Source: Amoeboaphelidium protococcarum X5 (lineage: Eukaryota > Fungi > Aphelidiomycota). Taken from it: a stretch of DNA of 64,000 bases. The first letter of the stretch is position 1; each line of letters starts with the position of its first letter. The notes beneath the pieces were generated by a model. That model did not search any database. It was given only the letters and a program-made list of their open reading frames with translations, and had not been told where the DNA came from. The DNA lies in contig JALDTO010000164.1 of the NCBI GenBank assembly GCA_023515725.1, positions 186,001 through 250,000 of the forward strand. The letters run 5' to 3'. This document shows positions 1 through 15,136 of the stretch, in pieces. The translations under genes and the position numbers were made by a program.

Positions 1-176
1 ATTATCTGTAAATGACGTCACTTTCAGTATTTCATCATCATCATCATCAACTCGTATGAATCTGCCCCCTGTATGTGCTTCACTTTTACTTCTTCCTCTT
101 CTACGTTATAACGATGAAATTTTTGACAACTGTATTTTTGCTACTCTTACACATACAGCTTCTAGTGATCAACGCA

Positions 177-677
177 ATGTCTGTCAATACTAAAGAGCTA
201 ATCACCAATGTGTTCAGGATGTACACTACTAAATCTCACGAGGAGTAGAAATAGCTGCTACAAAAGTACTTTGCACCTAATGTGACTTTCGAAGATCCTC
301 TGATGCGTGTTCATGGCCATAAGAATTATAGAGTCTAGTTCCATTCTCTGATCAAGCTATTCAGTGATATCAAGATTGATTATGATGTCTCCAAGTACCA
401 AACAGTCAATCCATCCTCTGCTAGACCGGATGCTATAGACTTGATCATCCCTAATCAGTAGCACTACGTCTTTAAGAAGGATGGCTTCATCTCTAGGCGT
501 CTCTTCCCTGACAAGGTTGACTTGGACACTGTGACAACTATCACGGTGGTTGATGGGAAGATTGTATCCCACCGCGACGTGTGGATCGGTAATAAAGAAT
601 CCACTATCCACTAGAAGTACACTAAGCCGCTGTTGGGACATGTGGTTAGCGTCACATTGAGACTTATCGGATGGTGA
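177..677 (+). CDS. SnoaL/NTF2-like fold protein (166 aa)
   Basis: With TAR=Gln, an open frame runs ATG177 to TGA675-677: MSVNTKELIT...YFAPNVTFEDPLMRVHG...DGKIVSHRDVW. The FxDP...G and GKI..HRD.W motifs are typical of SnoaL-like proteins. Confidence 0.75.
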
Positions 678-752
678 GGTAGTACAGCTGTAAATGCTTA
701 AAGTAAAGAATTGAATGTTTAATAAATTCAGTAAAAGCTAATTCTTGATTAA

Positions 753-1813
753 TCAATGTTCATTTAGCCATTTATACACAACACTAAAGTCCTTGTTTTA
801 ATTATCATCTACTGCAGCTGCCAGACGATAAACTTCACGCGTGATAGCACCAAGTGGAAGTGGTGACTTGACCTTTTCAGCACTCTCCAGAGCCAGCTTG
901 ATATCTTTTTGCATGAGCTGCATTCCGAATCCAGGCTTGTATTGATTCGATGATGGAGCCACGTCGAGGACATCTGGGTGCGGATTGTACTTTGTCAAAG
1001 ACCAAGACTGACCACTGGATACATTCATTATCTGACTGAGAACTGTTGCATCTATGCCCAAACGTGTACCCAAAGTTAAAGTCTCACTTGTAGCCAACAT
1101 TCCTATGGCGAGCATGAGATTGTTGCACAACTTGGCTGCCTGGCCATTACCGGCTGCTCCACACTGAAAAAAGTTTTAGCCCATAGGCTGCAGAACCTAT
1201 TTGACCTTTTCAAATGCCGTCACATCCTCAGTCCCCACCATGAAAGTTAAAGTGCCATTTTTAGCTCCTCCTTGTCCGCCTACATAAAGTTTCCGCATTA
1301 TAAATGGAGACTTCAACTCTATTGTCACAACTTACCGCTAACAGGAGCATCAACTGCAATGTGTCCGAGGCTTTGCAATGCCTCGCTGCACTCTCTACTT
1401 GTCAATGGATCGATAGTACTGCAATCTATTATAATCTTTGGTGGTCGTTGGGTAGATCCTTGAACTTAAAGACCCGCCAGCAGAGAATCTTTCCCACTGA
1501 GCCACACAGATTTAACAATCTAAGGCGATGGAAGCATAGTAATCACTGCATCACTCTACTAGACAACTTCCGCAGGAGAATTCGCCACCTTTAGAACTTA
1601 CTTGAACTCTTTCGCTTGCTCCTAGAATAGACGCAGATTGTCAGAGTTGTTTTCAAGCACAGTGAAGCTGTTACCACCACCATTCGGGTCATACAACTTT
1701 TGCAGAATGTTCATGGCCATTGGATTTCCCATCGCACCTAGACCGATAAATCCATACTTTATAGGCAAAGCTTTAGTTGCCATTTAGCTGTACAAAACTC
1801 TTGCTGTTATCAT
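753..1813 (-). CDS. HIBADH: 3-hydroxyisobutyrate dehydrogenase
   Basis: GFIGLGAMGNPMA Rossmann motif, DAPVSGG (split by a 56-nt GT-AG intron), KLCNNL, LMQKDIKLA, KDFSVVY; ends TGA753-755. Confidence 0.92.
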
Positions 1814-2072
1814 AACTCTATGATGTTATTAACTATGCTTATACAGTGAGAACTTGAATAATAAACAAAGTAACAATGGAAACAGAGCTCTCTGACACGC
1901 CTGAAGAGTTGACGCGACGCGAAACTTTGCGCATGTGTTCTCTCACTCAAGATACTAAGAGGAGATGACAGAGCCAGTAGTAAGTAAGATGTAAAATAAA
2001 ATAATACTCATAAAAAATAAAACTATATAAGTAGCAATGTATTAATCTCGTTAATTAATTAAGTAAGTAATC

Positions 2073-3164
2073 TCATTCTCCCTTCTTCTTGGAAGCACCT
2101 GCAGATGCCGCCTTCTTTCCACCAAAGTAAGTCTCAATGAAAAACTGAATGAACAGGATCAAGTAAGAGTTGATGACCAGCAAAGCAAACACTCCTGAGA
2201 CTAGATCTCCGTAACAGCCAGCTCTATCTTCATACACGTATCCACCCAATACCAGGGGATTGTTTGGCATCAGACCACGTCCCAGCGTCTCCCAAGTCGG
2301 GGATAGGAAATACTGAATGGCATCGACAGGAATCAGATTGAACGCGAACTAGTTCAAGTAGTTCAAATTGTTCTTCAAGATCACCGGGTATCTATGATTA
2401 ATTCCAACCCAAAGACAGTAATTGATAACGACAACATCAATCACAAACTGAACAATCTGCATCGTGGTCAAGTGACGCTTCCACCAGATGACTTTACGCG
2501 GCTGATTCGGAGGAGGTGGAATACTGGTAATCGCATAGTAGTAATACATAATGACGTGCACAAACAGATTGATGGTGATTGGGACCCATTGCAATGCGGT
2601 GCGGCCTTGAAGCTGAGTAAAGCACAGCAACATGGTCATGGCATGATGGAACCAGTGCAAGAAAGGCACGCGCTTACCCTTCAAGATCATGAATATGGTG
2701 TCGATAAACTCGTAATACTTGAATAGATAATTGACAAAGTAGAACAGCTGGATACGCTTATCATCTTCAAAGCTATCGTGGTGACAGAAGGCCCACATGA
2801 GTCCATGATTGATGGCTCGAGGCACCAGATTCTCCAAAATCAACCCAAGCAATAATAAGGAGCCAGCCGATAAGATTACATTATGAGCCAGGAAGAGAGT
2901 GTTCAGCACCGTGTATCGCTCGCCATCTTTAGACGCAGCTGCTTTCACAGCCTTTCCATTTACAGTCGCTGTAGATGGCTTACCACTTTTAGATACAAAT
3001 TTTGGCAGAGTGAACACCATAGCCACGTACAATACCAGCATTGCCACGACAAAGCGCAGATCCTGAAATACAAATCCGTGCAGTGAGAAATTGAACTGGG
3101 ACGCGTCCAAACCAAGCAGCTACTCCACGGGCTAAACAGTCAATTTATAAAGAATTTCAACCAT
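2073..3164 (-). CDS. ELO: Very-long-chain fatty acid elongase (GNS1/SUR4 family)
   Basis: KYYEFIDT, FLHWFHH, HVIMYYYY and TTMQIVQF motifs; C-terminal KKKGE. The 2349-3110 and 2073-2270 ORFs are one frame once TAG is read as Gln. Confidence 0.93.
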
Positions 3165-3205
3165 TGCAATCTTTCTTGAATTGATTAGATATTTTAAATA
3201 AAAAG

Positions 3206-3406
3206 AAAAGGGGATGGATAATCACACTACTCTACTCTATAGAATCAGCAACGAGATGATTCCGACATGCGCAGGAGCTGGTCGCATTCGTCGGAGCGCC
3301 TGATCTGACCCCTTGCACTACAACTCCGCCTGCGCCATTCGCGTCGCGATCAAAGGGCGTTGCTTCAACTGGAGCATCTAGAGCATGAGCGGTTTGTTCC
3401 CTTTTT
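3206..3406. ncRNA. Candidate structured RNA or fold-back element of unknown class
   Basis: GC-rich island with adjacent stems: TCCGAC-ATGCG-CAG/CTG-CGCAT-GTCGGA (3261-3295), GCGCC-TGATC/GATCA-GGCGT (3296-3360), TGCTT/GAGCA (3361-3376), closed by CTCTA/TAGAG. No snRNA, tRNA or SRP signature recognised. Confidence 0.25.
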
Positions 3407-3483
3407 ATTGTTTCAGTCAAAATTGGAAATTACATCGTCTTTAGTTAAAACCATAATTACTGGCGTCGCTTTAAACTTATCTA

Positions 3484-4668
3484 ATGTAGTCTGAAGTTTT
3501 CGGTTTACTCCCTGGTTATAGAGCTGTATAGCCCTTTCGTATTAATGTCTTGTTAAAAGAAACTTCACTTTAAAGCGTATCGCTAGCGAATAATGATAAT
3601 GGAAATTCTGGTTAACAAGAGCAGTCGAAACAAATGTACTTTTTTGGTTAACTGCCTCTCTATAGAGTTCAAATCGCTGGCTGGATAGTTTCCGCTAAAG
3701 TAAGCCGGAATGAGCAGTGGATAGAATTTGAGGTTGATGATGCTTCTGGACTGTTGAAATGTTCTGTGCATTGCGATAACGTGGATCCTTCTGCGTTTAG
3801 GTAGAAGTACACTATCGGTTGTGTTGTGTCTGTTATTGGTGCTCTCGGATAGTGTGCCGCTTTCGAGAACAGCGAATACCCCTAGTTGAGAGTATATCAA
3901 TTGTAAATGATTGACCAGGCGGATGAAGCGCTGCATTATGCTAGATGCTAAAGGCATATCTAACAGATTAACGCGTTATGCTCTGAACGTAAACGCCTGC
4001 CTGATTATATGATTAAACTTATTTAAACTCATTCGACACTGCAAGATATAGAAGATGATGACTCTCTCATAGAGCAAGACCAACTCTCTGTTGATTTGTT
4101 AACCTTTGTGATTAGATAAGAGATGGATAGAATTTATAAGCAATACCATCAAGTTAATAACGGCGAGTGTGAAATCAAGATAACAGAACTTCTGAATTCA
4201 CACAGGTTGAAGTCCATTTCACGTTGCTGGAATAATAAGCTTGGGCGGGATTAATTTAAAACTGCGCTAAATAATGCTCTGAAGTAATTGGTCAATGATG
4301 GACTATTATTTAAGGAAGATGGACAGTATTTTATGATTGGAAAGTTTGAAGTTGCTGCGGATATTATCAGCTTATTCGCGTGGAAGAGCAAGTCAAAGAA
4401 CCGTAAAGCTTTGAGTGACAAAATGTCAATAATGACTTAACAATCATAATTTTTGAGTTAAGTGGAGTAAATAGAGTAAGACATAGAGGGTGTTGGTGCT
4501 TCAGATTATGATAATGGTTTAAGCATAGAAGACGTTAGGAAATGGATTGGTGACTTGACGCAGTATGAAAAGTTGCCTTATAAAACTTTTATGGACGCGA
4601 TGAACTATCTAGTTGATGAAGGTGTTGTGTTTGAAGAGAGCAATCAAAGATACTCTGTAGTATAATGA
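3484..4668 (+). CDS. STN1: CST complex subunit STN1-like (OB fold plus winged-helix domains), 394 aa
   Basis: MQSEVFGLLP...LYRVQIAGWIVS...FEVDDASGLLKC...IGCVVSVIG...DEALHY OB fold; C-terminal FMDAMNYLVDEGVVFE winged-helix-like segment; ends TAA-TGA. Not in the supplied ORF track. Confidence 0.75.
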
Positions 4669-4765
4669 TGAACATATTTGATGCATCTATTGCCATTATA
4701 TAAAACATATTTGAATTACTGTCTTCTATTGGTATCTAATCCACTCTAAGCACTTGGATATCAGA

Positions 4766-5927
4766 TCAAACTTACTCTTACGTGTCATCCAGTGCAGCAG
4801 TCTTGAATATATTCAAACCAGGTAGTCTTTTTTTTAACTTGGATGGCATAGCAAAAGTGGCAAATTTATTAGCTTTCACCGCTTCCTTTTATATCGCAAT
4901 ATCATTTAATCCTTGGTTTGCAACCTTCAAATTATATTATTACTCATATTAGATTGACCATCCATTCTCGGTAAAATATTATTGCTTGAGCAAGCTCGCT
5001 GCAGAAGGCCTCAGAGACGGCGTATATTGGAGGCATTTCGAGATGAACCTGAGAGTGCTTTCGCGCAGAACATTGATATAAGTAGCTCTTAAATCTGTGG
5101 AAGATCTCTTGGTGAACGGAAACTTATTCGCGTTCTGTTATTATTGATGAGAATATACAAGCTGAAATTATTCTATCAGATTTTTTGGAAATGGTCCTAG
5201 CATGTCTTGCACCATTTTTATCTAATCAACATCGCTTCGACCTGGAAACATTGGATTCCCAGTCACACATTCTGGAATCAGAAGCGCGACAGCCCATATA
5301 TCTACAGCTTCATTATACGTGCTGGATCCGGTCAAAAGTTCAGGAGCTCGATACCAACGCGTGGCAACATACTCTGTCATTCTATCAACTCCATCAGCCT
5401 GAAGCTTGGTGCGCGCAAATCCAAAATCGCATAATTTCACCAGTCCATCTTTAGTTATCAGAACATTCTCAGGCTTGATATCGCGATGCACGTAATTCAT
5501 ACCGTGCATATACTTGAGTGCTTGCAGTAGCTACCACATATACATTTTTACGAGACCTGGCTAATCATTGTCGCCCATACCTTGGGGGTGCCTTTAGATT
5601 TCGTCTAACAGTGAGCGATCAGCGTATTCAAAGACCATGTGGAGTCGATCGCGGTGTTGAAACTCATCAAATAATCTTACTATATTCACATGTTTTAGAG
5701 CCTACAACAAATATTTTATTAGAGTATTAAAATATTACAATAAAGCAGTATAATCTTACTAATAGAGCCTTAATCTCTCTTTTCACCGTGTTTTGAGTGT
5801 GCTAATCAGTGAGCGGATCTTTGAAACGTTTGATCGCCACCACCTTTCCTGATTTCACACATTTGCACTTTAGGACAACACCATATCCGCCCTCACCGAT
5901 AGCCTAAATCTTTTAATACTTTTCCAT
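4766..5927 (-). CDS. CDKL: Cyclin-dependent kinase-like kinase (CDKL family)
   Basis: MEKYQKIQAIGEGGYGVVLKC...[37 protein letters not shown]; one intron at 5702-5759. Confidence 0.88.
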
Positions 5928-6101
5928 TTAGTGTCAGATGGTATGTGAATATATAAGATAATGTTTGTTGATAAAATGCACCTGGATAAAGGTAAAAATG
6001 CTATTATTATATCGCGTGTACTTATAAATGTCTAAAAATATGATACTCAAATTTCTATCAATCACTTTACACACACACACACATGGTACTTGGCAATATG
6101 G

Positions 6102-8474
<2,373 letters not shown>

Positions 8475-8972
8475 TATGAAGATGATTTTATACTGATTAC
8501 TTGGGATTCTTATTTGAGGATAATAAATTCGACGGACTTGAATAATTGCTTACTAAATAGCACTCCCAAAGAAGAATTTTACCCCTCACAATGAGGGCAA
8601 TGATAGCCGCGTTTGATTAGCTTCAATTGTACCCCTTGTTGTGGAAATGGTTGATCTATCATTGCGCTATTGCTATAGTAAAAGAATTAAATAAATTTTT
8701 AACTGTAATAAGAAACTTGTGTCAAGTCCAATCTAATACGCGTCAAATACACCCTTTCCAAATCTAAAAAAGGTGCATATATATATACTATATAGATGGT
8801 AAATTGAGCTGATCATCATCAATCAAAAAAATGTAAAACTGATTTGTTTCATGTTGCTAAGGTATCAAACTTAAAGGCTGATTTCGACTTCCTGCTCACA
8901 CTCTTGTAGAAGAAATTTGATGTATATACCAAGGACCTTTAGTTGAAACAGAGAACAGTTTCCAAGATTATA

Positions 8973-9908
8973 ATGTCGCTACTTACTATCAATCCGAAAG
9001 AGTTGCCGCTAGATCTGTAATAAGCCCGAACTGCGATTGTGGGGATCTCAGTCGTTGTCACATGTGTAGTCCATCTGATTAGCATCAATCTATTTGTGCA
9101 GTATAAAACCAACTTTAACATATTTGTTGCGTCTACATACTATTTTGGTATCTTGGCCGCTGTAGCTAAATTATTTTATGAGCTGGATCCTTACAATTAG
9201 GAGAAGGCTACTAATATTGGTGAAGTTGCTTTGGCTGTGGCAATGTCTCTCCATGAGACTCTAGTTGTTTATAGATTCACGATATTGAGCGCTAACAAGT
9301 TCAAGATCAGCAGATTAAGCAGACCTATCTGGGCATCTATATGGATCGCTTGCTTATACAGAATTATAGCAGAGTTTTTGCCCAAGGAAGGTGGGTTCAT
9401 TGTGGCCAAGATCATAGCCTCATATCTGTTCTACGCTTACATTGTGATCATGGATATTGTGCTCTCCATGATATCGTTTAAACTGATCTATGAGATCAAA
9501 AAGAATTTACTGATGGGAACTCCCGATACGCGAGCTCTTGCTCTTGTGCGCAGTGTTCAGAGATTGATAGGAAGTGAGATAGTGATTGCTTTAACCGCCC
9601 TCTTTCTCAACCTCCCTTTATCTGATGATCCCAAAGAGCCTATCAACGCGCTTGTCAAACCACTGACAGACTTTTGTATCTACTTGGCTGGTTACTGCGC
9701 GCTTGTCTATGCCGCATCTCTCATGAAGTTGATCACTCTGAGGCCTCATTTAAAGAATGATCCGTCGATGCTCTCACCTCAAGGATAGGCAGCGATCAAG
9801 GATTCCATCAAGGCCAGTAGTAGGATGGCATTAGAAGATGCAGCGGTGAAGGATTCATAAAAAGTACTTCCAGTGCAATCGGAGTTAGGAACCACCAAAA
9901 TATTATGA
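8973..9908 (+). CDS. Orphan multi-pass (about 7 TM) membrane protein, GPCR-like
   Basis: Frame of ORF 9231-9788 extends to ATG8973 and TGA9906-9908; about seven hydrophobic segments, LVVYRF at the end of putative TM3 and a polar C-terminal tail. The start could be further upstream. Confidence 0.65.
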
Positions 9909-10028
9909 ATTTCTGTTTATCGGCCTCTATTGAGCGTTTCAATTTTTAGACTCTCCTTCTCGACGACTTATCGCGTTTACTTCAACTTTTACATTAGCTG
10001 GCACTCTGTAAATTAATAGCCCCCATAA

Positions 10029-10820
10029 ATGACTCAGTCCACTGCTATGAGCGGTTCAGCATAAAAAATACGGTATGAAATGCATCTTTATAGTGAATTC
10101 TATATGACTCTATACAGTATGTAGGCACGAATGGTATCAAAACGATTCTCAAGTCGTGATATCAGTATTTGCTAAAAAATGTAAAGATGATCAAGTGAAG
10201 GTGGAATTTCAACCCAAAGCTGTAATTGTTTTATATTCTCATTTGGATTAATTGTTACAAAACGATTATTGCTTGGTTTGTAGCTCACAGTGACTATTAA
10301 ACTGCCTGAATCTGAATATGTGCTTGATCTGGAGCCTCTCGCCCATGAAGTTGTGCCTGAAGAATCCTCTTACACCATCATGCAGACTAAAGTTGAGATC
10401 AAACTGAAGAAGTAGTAAATTGGAATTAGTTGGGGATAGCTAGAGGGGGAAGACGTGCCCACCGTGATGGGTAAGTTTGATGCATTTTGTATTTCGCATA
10501 TCTAATACTGTACGAACATTGTTGTAGCCTCAGTCAGCAATGATAAACCACCCGCTTATCCATCGTCGTCCAAAAAACACGTCGACTGGTCCAGCGTGGA
10601 GAAATCTGTTGAAGAGGAAAAGCCGGAGGGAGAGCAGGCGCTGAATGCTCTATTTCAGAAGATTTATAAGGACGGCAACGACGAGGTGCGACGTGCGATG
10701 GTAAAGAGTTTCACTGAGAGTGGAGGCACCACACTGAGTACTAACTGGAATGAAATTGGCAAAGAGTCGACACCCATTCGACCACCTGATGGAGTCGAGG
10801 CACGTAAATGGGAAACTTGA
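10029..10820 (+). CDS. SGT1: SGT1 co-chaperone (CS + SGS domains)
   Basis: RHEWYQNDSQVVISVFAK (CS domain), KVEIKLKK, YPSSSKK, ALNALFQKIY...RRAMVKSFTESGGTTLSTNW (SGS domain); three short introns. Confidence 0.92.
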
Positions 10821-10915
10821 ATCTTTCGGAATAATTGTTAACTTCGTCTGTTTACCTCATTATCTCAATGTCCAAATCCTTGTTAATCTTCCATACTCTC
10901 CAATGTCTTAATATC

Positions 10916-13566
10916 TCAGCCTTATTTCTTCATCTGAGTGATTAGATCGACGCGTAGTTCTTTCAAATGCTATATCAGCTCTTCTTAACTATACAGGTTG
11001 GACTTTTGAATGTTCTGCAAATGGGATGCCAACTTATTCGCAATGTTTCTTCTTGAACCTTTGGTGGCCTTTGAGCACTACTTCAAATACTGCAACTATT
11101 TGCTTACCTGATCCGACACAACTTACGCCATATCGATAACCCCTGGAGGAAACTGTTCCATTATAGCCAGTTTGATTCCGTAAGAGGTGACTTCATTGGA
11201 ACCAGCGTGCACCGAATAAGTGTAGCGTACTGAGGAGTCCGATACTTCAGTTTGGGCACCAGCTTGATCATCAGCTTCCACCTGCAAATGTAAATTCACC
11301 ACATTCGAATAAATTTCCAGCATATGAGCCAATTCGGCAAAATGAGTGACAAAGAAAGTCGTACATTTCGACTGTAACAGGTACTCACTCATTGCGAAAG
11401 ACAGAGACAATCCATCAGTCTGAGATGTCCCACGACCAAGTTCATCGATAATTATCAAACTTTCATCACCGACATTATCCAATATGTATGCCATATCACG
11501 CATCTCAGTCATGAAAGTACTCAAGTTTGATTCGGGTTCATCGACAAAGCCCAATCTGGTGAACACAGACTTAAAGATAGGAATGCTTGCTTGCTTACAC
11601 GGAATGAAAGAGCCCATATGTGCCATGATGACCAACAGAGCAACTTGTCTCAAGTACGTGGACTTGCCGCTCATGTTGATACCAGTTATCAGCTGGAAAT
11701 TACCGCCAGGAAAGGCAAAAATATCGTTAGGGATAACACCAACTTGACACTTGCTTTTAATCGGGTGATATCCTTCATTAATAGATAAAAGGCCTCCAAA
11801 TGACGGACAAACGGCATATGGGGCAATTAAAGCATACTGAGCGAGACTCAAGAGATAATCCAACTATGCCACAGATTCAGAAACTTTGTACAAAACGCCT
11901 AAGTGTTCAGAAATAGTCTCAACTAGCAGTTTCAACTTTGCATTGCTTTGACCATAAATTTCATTAACAATATTGACCAACTTCACATTCAATCGGGTCA
12001 TTTCCATTGTAGTAATCTCAACCAGGGACTTCTTTTTCTAAACCACGTTAGTGAAGATGCCTGGTAAATTAGATTTGCCATTTCTTGACATCACACATGG
12101 ACTTTATGAAGATAAGAAATACTATCCCTTGGCAGCATTAAATTGTAACTTGAGCTCAAAATCATTCTCAAACTGCGATTAATACATTTTGAACACTTCT
12201 TGGATTCTAGCTGTGACTGCTTCATACTATAAACGCATCCTGTGCAACAAAGAATCAGGTCCCGCCTAAATACAATGTAATTTCTGACTATAGCTCAATT
12301 TAACATTTGTATTTATTCCTGTATCGAAGATGATAACGCGTTCGATTTGCGATACTACATTCTTAACATCAGCGCTGTGCAAATCTTGAGCCAACTACAT
12401 AATGAGTGGATTCGACACGCCCTACAGCAGAAGTTATCCGATTTGCTCACATAGGCGCAGCGAATAATACAGCTCTAGGGACCGTTGAAGTGGACCTTGT
12501 TAAACAGATCCATCATGCAGTTGAAGACCTGAAAAGTAGCATTAGAGGCTATCCAAGTCAGGAAACTATTTGAGAATACTTTGCAGTTGATTTACCAGGG
12601 GTGGATTAGATTTCAGAGCCTCGATACTCGACTGCCATCCTTCCAGCAATTATTAGTCAGTGGATGGTTGTAAAATGTTGTAACGCAGAAGTCTGTATCC
12701 CATCTTGGTGCTGATAGACTCGAAAAGCCCGATCATTGAATTTTTACTTCCTCCATCGATAGTGTTGGCGACTAACTCCAGGTAGTACGCAGAATGGAAA
12801 TCGATCAGCAAAGTCTTTTACAAATTGTGATACTTTACATTGACACTATTCGGACGGATTGAAGCTGCATTACTCACGGAATATCTACATACGCTAATAT
12901 AGCAATATGGAAATGGACATAAATAATTAAATAACCAACCTGAATAGAGCTGATAGCGCGGCTTGCGCGTAAACTTTATCCACAAGCAAGGCAGAAACCA
13001 TGTTACTATCATTTGCAAATCGCTTCAACAAAGCCAAACCTTCATCTTAATCATAAGCTTGATGATGAGCAGGTACCAACTTAATGTACGGAAACTTTTG
13101 CTGCACAGTTTCAATTAGGTACGCGTAATCAATCTCGGCAGATTTAGATGGGAGAACCAACTACAATAAAAGAAGTGTGAACTTACGCGACAAGGTGAAA
13201 CGAGACTTACCTCTTCCGGCTGAAACAGATTTATTTACTGCAACGTTCTGCTGAACGTTAGATTATCAGTAAACTACACATCATCATTTAATGTTTTGTT
13301 TGCATGCATAATGATATATAGTTTCAACTTACCTCACTCATGTGCAGTTGAATACCATTGCCTTCAGACATGACACATGCTCCAATAATCTTCTGCTTTA
13401 CATTGTACTCACCAAGGCACATGAAATTACGCGTGTTTGCAGATCCAGCAGATATACTGGTTCCAGGTCGACTTGTATTCGACGTCTTTGGTCTTGATAC
13501 TTTACTAACATCACGCGTAGTAGAAGAGTTTGGATTGTACTCCAGACTTGATACAGATTTGGACAT
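10916..13566 (-). CDS. MSH4: MutS homolog 4 (meiotic MutS-gamma)
   Basis: ITGINMSGKSTYLRQVAL, SNLSTFMTEMRDMAYILDN, IIDELGRGTS, FVTHF, upstream MGYRLLRYNILQP; introns in the 5' part were not fully resolved. Confidence 0.85.
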
Positions 13567-13736
13567 GTTTATTGGAGGGTACGTGCAAGTACAAATGAAC
13601 TTTACGTGAAAGAGAAGACACGACAGTTTTAAAACAAAGAGATCTGAAACAGAATGTTCAGATCCATCACTAAATTAATTATATTCCATCAACATCAATC
13701 GTCACTAATAATCATCATGGGATAAAAACTCTAGAC

Positions 13737-14628
13737 TCAAGCCACTACTGGCGGAGTCTACACAACTTCAACAGGCAAAACGGTCAACGCTGGAGGCGTT
13801 GCACCAGGAATGATGGTCACAGAGATAGTGCCGTTGCTAGCTGCTCCAGGTTAGACAATTTCAAAGAGGTCAGAGACACCGGTAACAGGGGAAGTGCCAT
13901 TTTTAAATGTGACTACGGCACGTAGCTAGTATCCAGTACTTGATCTGAACTCATAAGGAACCTGCCAATCATAAGCAACGTTCTTCTACGTAACAGGGAT
14001 ACCGGATGCAATCTGGTACGGATTAGGAATGACGCCAGTCTTGGTGTCAGAGACAAACAGGGAGGCAACAGCATCGGTGATATCACCCTAGACAGTGAAA
14101 CGCACAATACGGAACTGACCACCAACAAACTTTGTACCATTATTAGGGAAGGCAAACTTTACAGATGAGGTGTTGGTCTTGACAATGGTGAACGGCTGAG
14201 TCTTTGAGGCAACCATGTTCGGACGGTTAGGAAACAGACGATTAGGTCTGACATAGATTCTGTAATCAGTGTTGCTGTCCAGATCATATGGCACGGTGAA
14301 AGTGTACGCAAATTTATCGAAAGGATAGTTTTGCACCAGAGGTCTGATGAAAGACGAGTCATTTGCACGGTGTATTGAGATGTTCACAGTACGAGGCACA
14401 GGAGGTGGAGGTATGAAAGCTTGTCTCCATACCACAGTTCGCACATCACCAGTGAACCAGACATCACCAGGCTTTGGATTGAATATTCTCAAGCGGTAAA
14501 AGTACTCTACACAACACAATAGTTTATAGTAGGAGATAAAAACTCATAATGGAACAAAACTTACTTGCTTCAGCTACCGCTACAATGATAGCAATGATTG
14601 ACACAACTTAAAGTAAATAATGCACCAT
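13737..14628 (-). CDS. Secreted protein with two tandem Kre9/Knh1-N-like beta-sandwich domains
   Basis: Signal peptide MVHYLLQVVSIIAIIVAVAEA, one intron, then two repeats of P..G..W/F..G....V...(YTFTVPYDL / YDWQVPYEF)...Y.....F.I and a Pro/Thr/Val-rich tail. Confidence 0.7.
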
Positions 14629-15136
14629 GATAGTTGTTTCAAAGTACAGTCACTAATTCACTATAATTGATTATGAAATAAATCGAGGAGAGTGAGAATT
14701 AACAAGAGAAAGGGAAACAGAGACTTGGCGCTGGCTGGATTCGACGTTCCATCAGAATCCCATTGTTTGTCAGTTGAAACGGCGTGCCGTTGTTTGTCCA
14801 CTCACTCCACACATGAATTTCGTCATATTTCTTGGCATTTGTGATCAAACAATATTCGCCTCAGATCGATGGAATAAATTGTTGTTGATGGAAAGTTGAA
14901 GCATAATTTGAGTATTATTTAAGACAACCCGTATGTTACTTTGATTTAAACAATTCTTACGTGCTTAGACAGGAGCAAGTATACTCTTCCAGCCATGTAT
15001 TTCCTAATCAATAGTATCGCGTGACGTTCTTTAAATTTTCTGTTTCAGATTTTGTTTCAATTTTGCGTCTCTCTCAGCCAGTGTTGCCCACTAATTTGTA
15101 CGTGAGTATTATAACACAACTTAAGCATTAAGCATT

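Noticed and set aside
3260-3330. tRNA, TPP riboswitch, HDV-like ribozyme or telomerase RNA identity for the hairpin element
   Set aside because: Only short word matches (TAGTGCAAGG, CCTGATCTG, GCGAAT); no T-loop, aptamer core, pseudoknot or recognisable telomere template.
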